From: Octopus sinensis
Lineage: Eukaryota
Assembly: GCF_006345805.1 (NCBI RefSeq)
Contig: NC_043007.1
Span: forward strand, 21,204,001 to 21,268,000
Direction: 5' to 3'
DNA length: 64,000 nt
This document shows, piece after piece, positions 59,566 to 64,000 of the stretch (position 1 is the first letter of the stretch; every line of letters starts with the position of its first letter). The position numbers and the translations under genes are program-made. The notes below the pieces were generated by a model. It made no database searches and was not told the DNA's origin. It saw only the letters and a program-made list of their open reading frames with translations.

Positions 59566-59660
<95 letters not shown>

Positions 59661-60696
59661 CATGCGTGTGTGTGTGTGTATGCATGCGTGTGTGTGTGTG
59701 CAATGGGTGTGGGATGGTGAACATTCAATGCTGAAAAGAAAAATCTAACAGTGTTTCAACTCTGTGTGAGTATGTGTGTGTGATTGTTTGTATGTGTGAA
59801 CCAACGTATTTTCAGTAACAAACGACGATCAATGTCACATCTCAAAAGACAACCACTAGATAACATTCACAAATGTATTAATTTGATTTACCATCCATAT
59901 CTATTATATAAAATACTAAACTTAGCTGTCATTTTTGATGGCACGGAGCCAGCTAGTTTAAGTATGTACGAGCATGTATAGATATGTGACTATATACATG
60001 AAAATACATACATAAAACAAAACATACAAATCTGCATGTATACATACATACATATATATACATATATACGTAACGAAGACATAGATATGAAACACTCAGC
60101 GTAACTCCACCCCCTGTAAAAAAAGGCTATGCATGGCTATGTTTCTCAAAGACTTGAAGATGACAGTAATATTGACAAGTGTAGCCTGTCTTCAAAGGCT
60201 GTGCGTTTGCAATCCAAGAATAAGAGATTGCTACAAAAATACCCAATATACAAAAGAGACTGTGGAACCTTTGAATTTCCAAGATGTAACTGAAAACGTA
60301 GATTATGTCACATTTCTGTGGATGAGATCACATGTGATTAGCAGCTGCCCTAATATGTTATCAAGATACTATTTTCCTCTGCGACATAATGTTGTCACGA
60401 AAACAATATATAATATGATCTAAAAAAAAAGACTGTCTTGGGATAAATATAGTGAACTTGTTACTGCGTACATGTTACTTGTTACTGTATAGATACATAA
60501 ACATCAACTTAAGGAATATTAGTGTGACATTCCCATTAAAAATTCTGTCAGGACAGGCCAGACATTGTTATTTGAGACAGACAAGGAAAAGTATGTACGG
60601 TCATACTGGTCAGATTTAGTATTTCTAAATTGAATTTTTCCCTGTAAGTTTGGAATGATATTCCCTCATATTATTATTATTATTATTATTATAATA

Positions 60697-60730
<34 letters not shown>

Positions 60731-60749
60731 TAATAATAATATAATAATA

Positions 60750-60784
<35 letters not shown>

Positions 60785-61177
60785 TATATATATATATATT
60801 ATATATATATATATATATATAAAAAGCACCATCCGAATCGTGGCCGATGTCAGCGCCACCTCGACTGGCTTCCGTGCCGGTGGCACGTAAAATGCACCAA
60901 TCCGACCGTGGCCATTGCCAGCCTCGCCTGGCACCTGTGCAGGTGGCACGTAAAAAGCACCCACTACACTCATGGAGTGGTTGGCGTTAGGAAGGGCATC
61001 CAGCTGTAGAAACATTGCCAGATAAGACTGGAGCCTGGTGCAGCCCCTGGCTTCCCAGATCCCCGGTTGAACCGTCCAACCCATGCTAGCATGGAGAACG
61101 GACATTAAACGATGATAATGATGATATATAATATATATATATATATATAATATATATATACATAAATATATATATTA

Positions 61178-61219
<42 letters not shown>

Positions 61220-62158
61220 TATACAGGATGCGACAGAAGTAACACCTTTTTATATTGATGAAGCAATGCTTAATAAATTTCCTAAAACTTCTGTGATGTT
61301 TTCATTAGTTTATTATTCATTTACTTAAGTAATGCACCTACTCATATAAGCATATTCTGTCTGTCTGTTTCTTTGCCTGTCTGTCTCTCTGTCTCTCTGT
61401 CTCTCTGTCTCTCTCCCTTTCTCACACACACATATGTACACACACAAACACACATGCACAAGTCTCCTTATTTCTGACAAACGGTGAACGGCAGGCAAGC
61501 CTTATCTTAAGATCCTATAAAACTTTGTATTAACAACTTCTAGTTGGACGCTAATAAATAAAGTATTACAGAGTTGTGAGGCATGAAAGAGGAATGTAGA
61601 TTTGTCCTAGCAAATACCTTCAAGATAACAAGCGATTCGGAATTATAGAATTATACGCTGGAAATCTATCTCTGGAAGATTCAAAAGACGGAATGAACGA
61701 AACAAAAATAATAATATTCATATATGGAAAAACATACAAATTGTTTTAAACCTGTTTTTTTTGTCTCTCTTTTCTCTTCTAATTTTTCAGGAAAAGCTAC
61801 ATTTTTAACATTCCATCTGCTGCTGGTATCTTTGATCTTTCAAAAATAGGGGTGGTGGTGAGTGGTGAGTGGTGAGTGGTGGTGGTGAGTGATGCTGTAC
61901 TGCCTTGTGATTTAGTCATCATAATTCAAACCACAATTATGATGTCCTTGTTTGGTCTCTTCTTCTTCTTCTTCTTCTTCTTCTTCTTCTTCGTCTTCTT
62001 CTTCTTCTTATTCCTCTTCTTCTTCTTCTTCTTCTTCTTCTCTTCTTCTTCTCTTCTTCTTCTTCTTCTTCTTCTTCTTCTTCTTCTTCTTCTCTTTCTC
62101 TCTCTTTCATCATCATCATCATCATCTTCTTCTTCTTCCTTCTTTCTTCTTCTTCTTC

Positions 62159-62210
<52 letters not shown>

Positions 62211-62217
62211 CCATCAC

Positions 62218-62260
<43 letters not shown>

Positions 62261-62416
62261 TTCTTCTTCTTCTTCTTCTTCTTCTTCTTCTCCTCCTCCT
62301 TCTCCTCTTCTTCTTCATCTTTAGGAGGTGTGTCATTTTCAATCAGGGATCCGGAATCCTTTGACAAGTTAGAAATTAGGGATCCAAATCAAGATGTTAT
62401 TTTAGAAATATCATAA
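57296..62416 (+). CDS. Candidate small micro-exon gene, about 85 aa, product unknown
   Basis: Exons 57296-57301, 58846-58861, 59926-59961, 60284-60317 (weak), 60552-60590, 61791-61825 and 62325-62416 join in phase into an open frame ending ...GGVSFSIRDPESFDKLEIRDPNQDVILEIS*. The last three exons are best supported. Confidence 0.5.
57500..58003. mobile_element. Inverted pair of Penelope-like terminal repeats
   Basis: 57500-57690(-) and 57790-58003(+) are reverse complements with (TTA)/(TAA) ends and a CTGATGA..GAAAC motif. Confidence 0.65.
58156..58565 (+). mobile_element. SINE family A, full-length uninterrupted copy
   Basis: Provides the empty-site sequence gtggtaagtagcttgcttacc used to define the TSD at 23473/25594. 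Confidence 0.9.
59215..59400 (+). mobile_element. Degraded RLE-type LINE C-terminal fragment
   Basis: FIPIIIG...LQSQTNTGTVKI; a further scrap (AFAIQE.EIATK) at about 60190-60270. Confidence 0.55.
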
Positions 62417-62598
62417 AGGGATTACAATGTTAACTTTTTTTATTGATTTTCTTTTTTTTTATTCAAATTCTCTTTATTGTTTTAATTGCTTTTTATTTGT
62501 TTCAGTCACTGGACTGTGGCTATGTTTGAGAATCAATTTAAAGGGTTCAGTATTTATCTTTTAAGACTGGTGCTTACATATATATATATATATATATA

Positions 62599-62634
<36 letters not shown>

Positions 62635-62645
62635 GTGTGTGTGTG

Positions 62646-62682
<37 letters not shown>

Positions 62683-63048
62683 CCGGAGTAAATGCATAAA
62701 TTGAAACAAGGTGGAAAAAAGTGTACTCAAATACCAGGGGTAGAGTAATATGCTTTATTTAAAAACAGCAGAAATTCAACAAAACCTGTTACTCGGAGTT
62801 TCACGTTCCCGTTTGTCGGACACACACACACCACACACACACACAACACATATATATATATATATATATATATATCAGCCGAAATTGCGAGGATGATCCG
62901 GTTCTTGACTGAAGATTGAAAGCTTCGAATGTCCCATCCGTGTTTTTTGTATCGTCTTCTAAACTTTTGCGTTCTTGTCCCATCCGTGTTTTTTGTATCG
63001 TCTTCTAAACGTTTTGCATTCTTGTCCCAGTTTGTATTTTTTTCATAT

Positions 63049-63093
<45 letters not shown>

Positions 63094-63914
63094 CATATAT
63101 AATTTATATTACAAATAGAAAATGGAGAAACACGTTAGTTGGTTTATCAGCTTTAGAATGTTGACTTATTTATTTATTTAACAAAATGAGAGCCTTAATA
63201 ACATACATATATACAGTAAAAAATTCAATACATATCAGATAAGAATACATAATGATTGTTGCATGTATGTGTAGTGGTGTGGTGATCCTTTACTAAATTC
63301 GGCCCCTCTTTGTGTTCCTGAAAGAATATTTTCCCACTTCAAATGGTGTCAATGGCAACAAGACTTTTGTAATTGATTGGATTTTTTAGATTATCTGCTT
63401 CAGTTGTCGGTCATTTTCCGCAGCAATGTACTTACTATGATGTCCGCAAGGAACGGCCAAATACACCATTTGCTCTGATGTATAAAACTCGTTACTCCCT
63501 CCCCCATCTTCTGCTATTTATTCCCCCACCCCCTTTTTTTCTTTTTGTATTTGTTTCCTTGATGAAGTAGTTATGGTGTTTTTCTGTTTTTTTTTCAATA
63601 ATTTTTATCTTTTATATTTTTGATGTTTTTTCTTTCTTTTCTTTGTGTAAAAATATATTAATAAAAACAAAGCCCAAAGAAAAAAATAAAACTTCATGTA
63701 TTGGATTGCGAGATGAATTAATGCACAATTTTTTTTTCCATTTATTTTAATCATTTCCCGTGTTATCTTTTATCTTTCAATTGTTTCAGTCATTAGACTG
63801 TGGCCATGCTGGGGCACTGACTTGAAGAGTCTTAGTCGAACAGATCAATCCCTGTACTTCCATCATAGTGTTTACTGGGATTTTAGCAGCTCTGTTCTTC
63901 CTCAAGAACCTCCA

Positions 63915-64000
63915 CCTTAGCAAAGGCAGGGGTATTGTTTTCAGTCACATTTGTTTGTCTGTGGACAAAATATCACAAGAACCACTGGATGGATTTGGAT
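63915..64000 (+). mobile_element. Start of a HINE/Helentron-like repeat
   Basis: ttacc...ggtattgttttcagt...tttgtttgtctgt...actggatggattt pattern. Confidence 0.45.

Noticed and set aside
1-64000. CpG-decay gradient marking the CABIN1 gene body
   Set aside because: Decayed and intact SINE copies occur both inside and outside the gene; no clear pattern without counting.

Overview
AT-rich, repeat-dense eukaryotic DNA. The SINE/LINE repertoire and microsatellite load suggest an octopus-type cephalopod (inference). The left half holds the 5' part of CABIN1 on the minus strand. I assembled 21 GT-AG coding exons by hand (127-31787); they are phase-consistent and encode about 683 N-terminal residues, and the gene runs off the left edge. 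The right half has no recognisable conserved gene. It does carry chains of phase-compatible micro-exons on the plus strand: a candidate 85-aa gene at 56.6-62.4 kb and a weaker cluster at 29.4-43.8 kb that overlaps the CABIN1 5' end. Most of the window is tRNA-derived SINEs, RTE/CR1/R4-Dong LINE fragments, Penelope-like termini with hammerhead-like motifs, TTAA MITEs, Helitron-like elements and simple repeats. Most short ORFs in the supplied track are repeat artefacts. The most notable items are an ORF1-only (HAL1-like) Tx1-type retroelement inserted with an 8-bp TSD into a SINE head in CABIN1 intron 1, several snap-back palindromes, and the micro-exon gene candidates. All of this was read by eye; no database searches were run.
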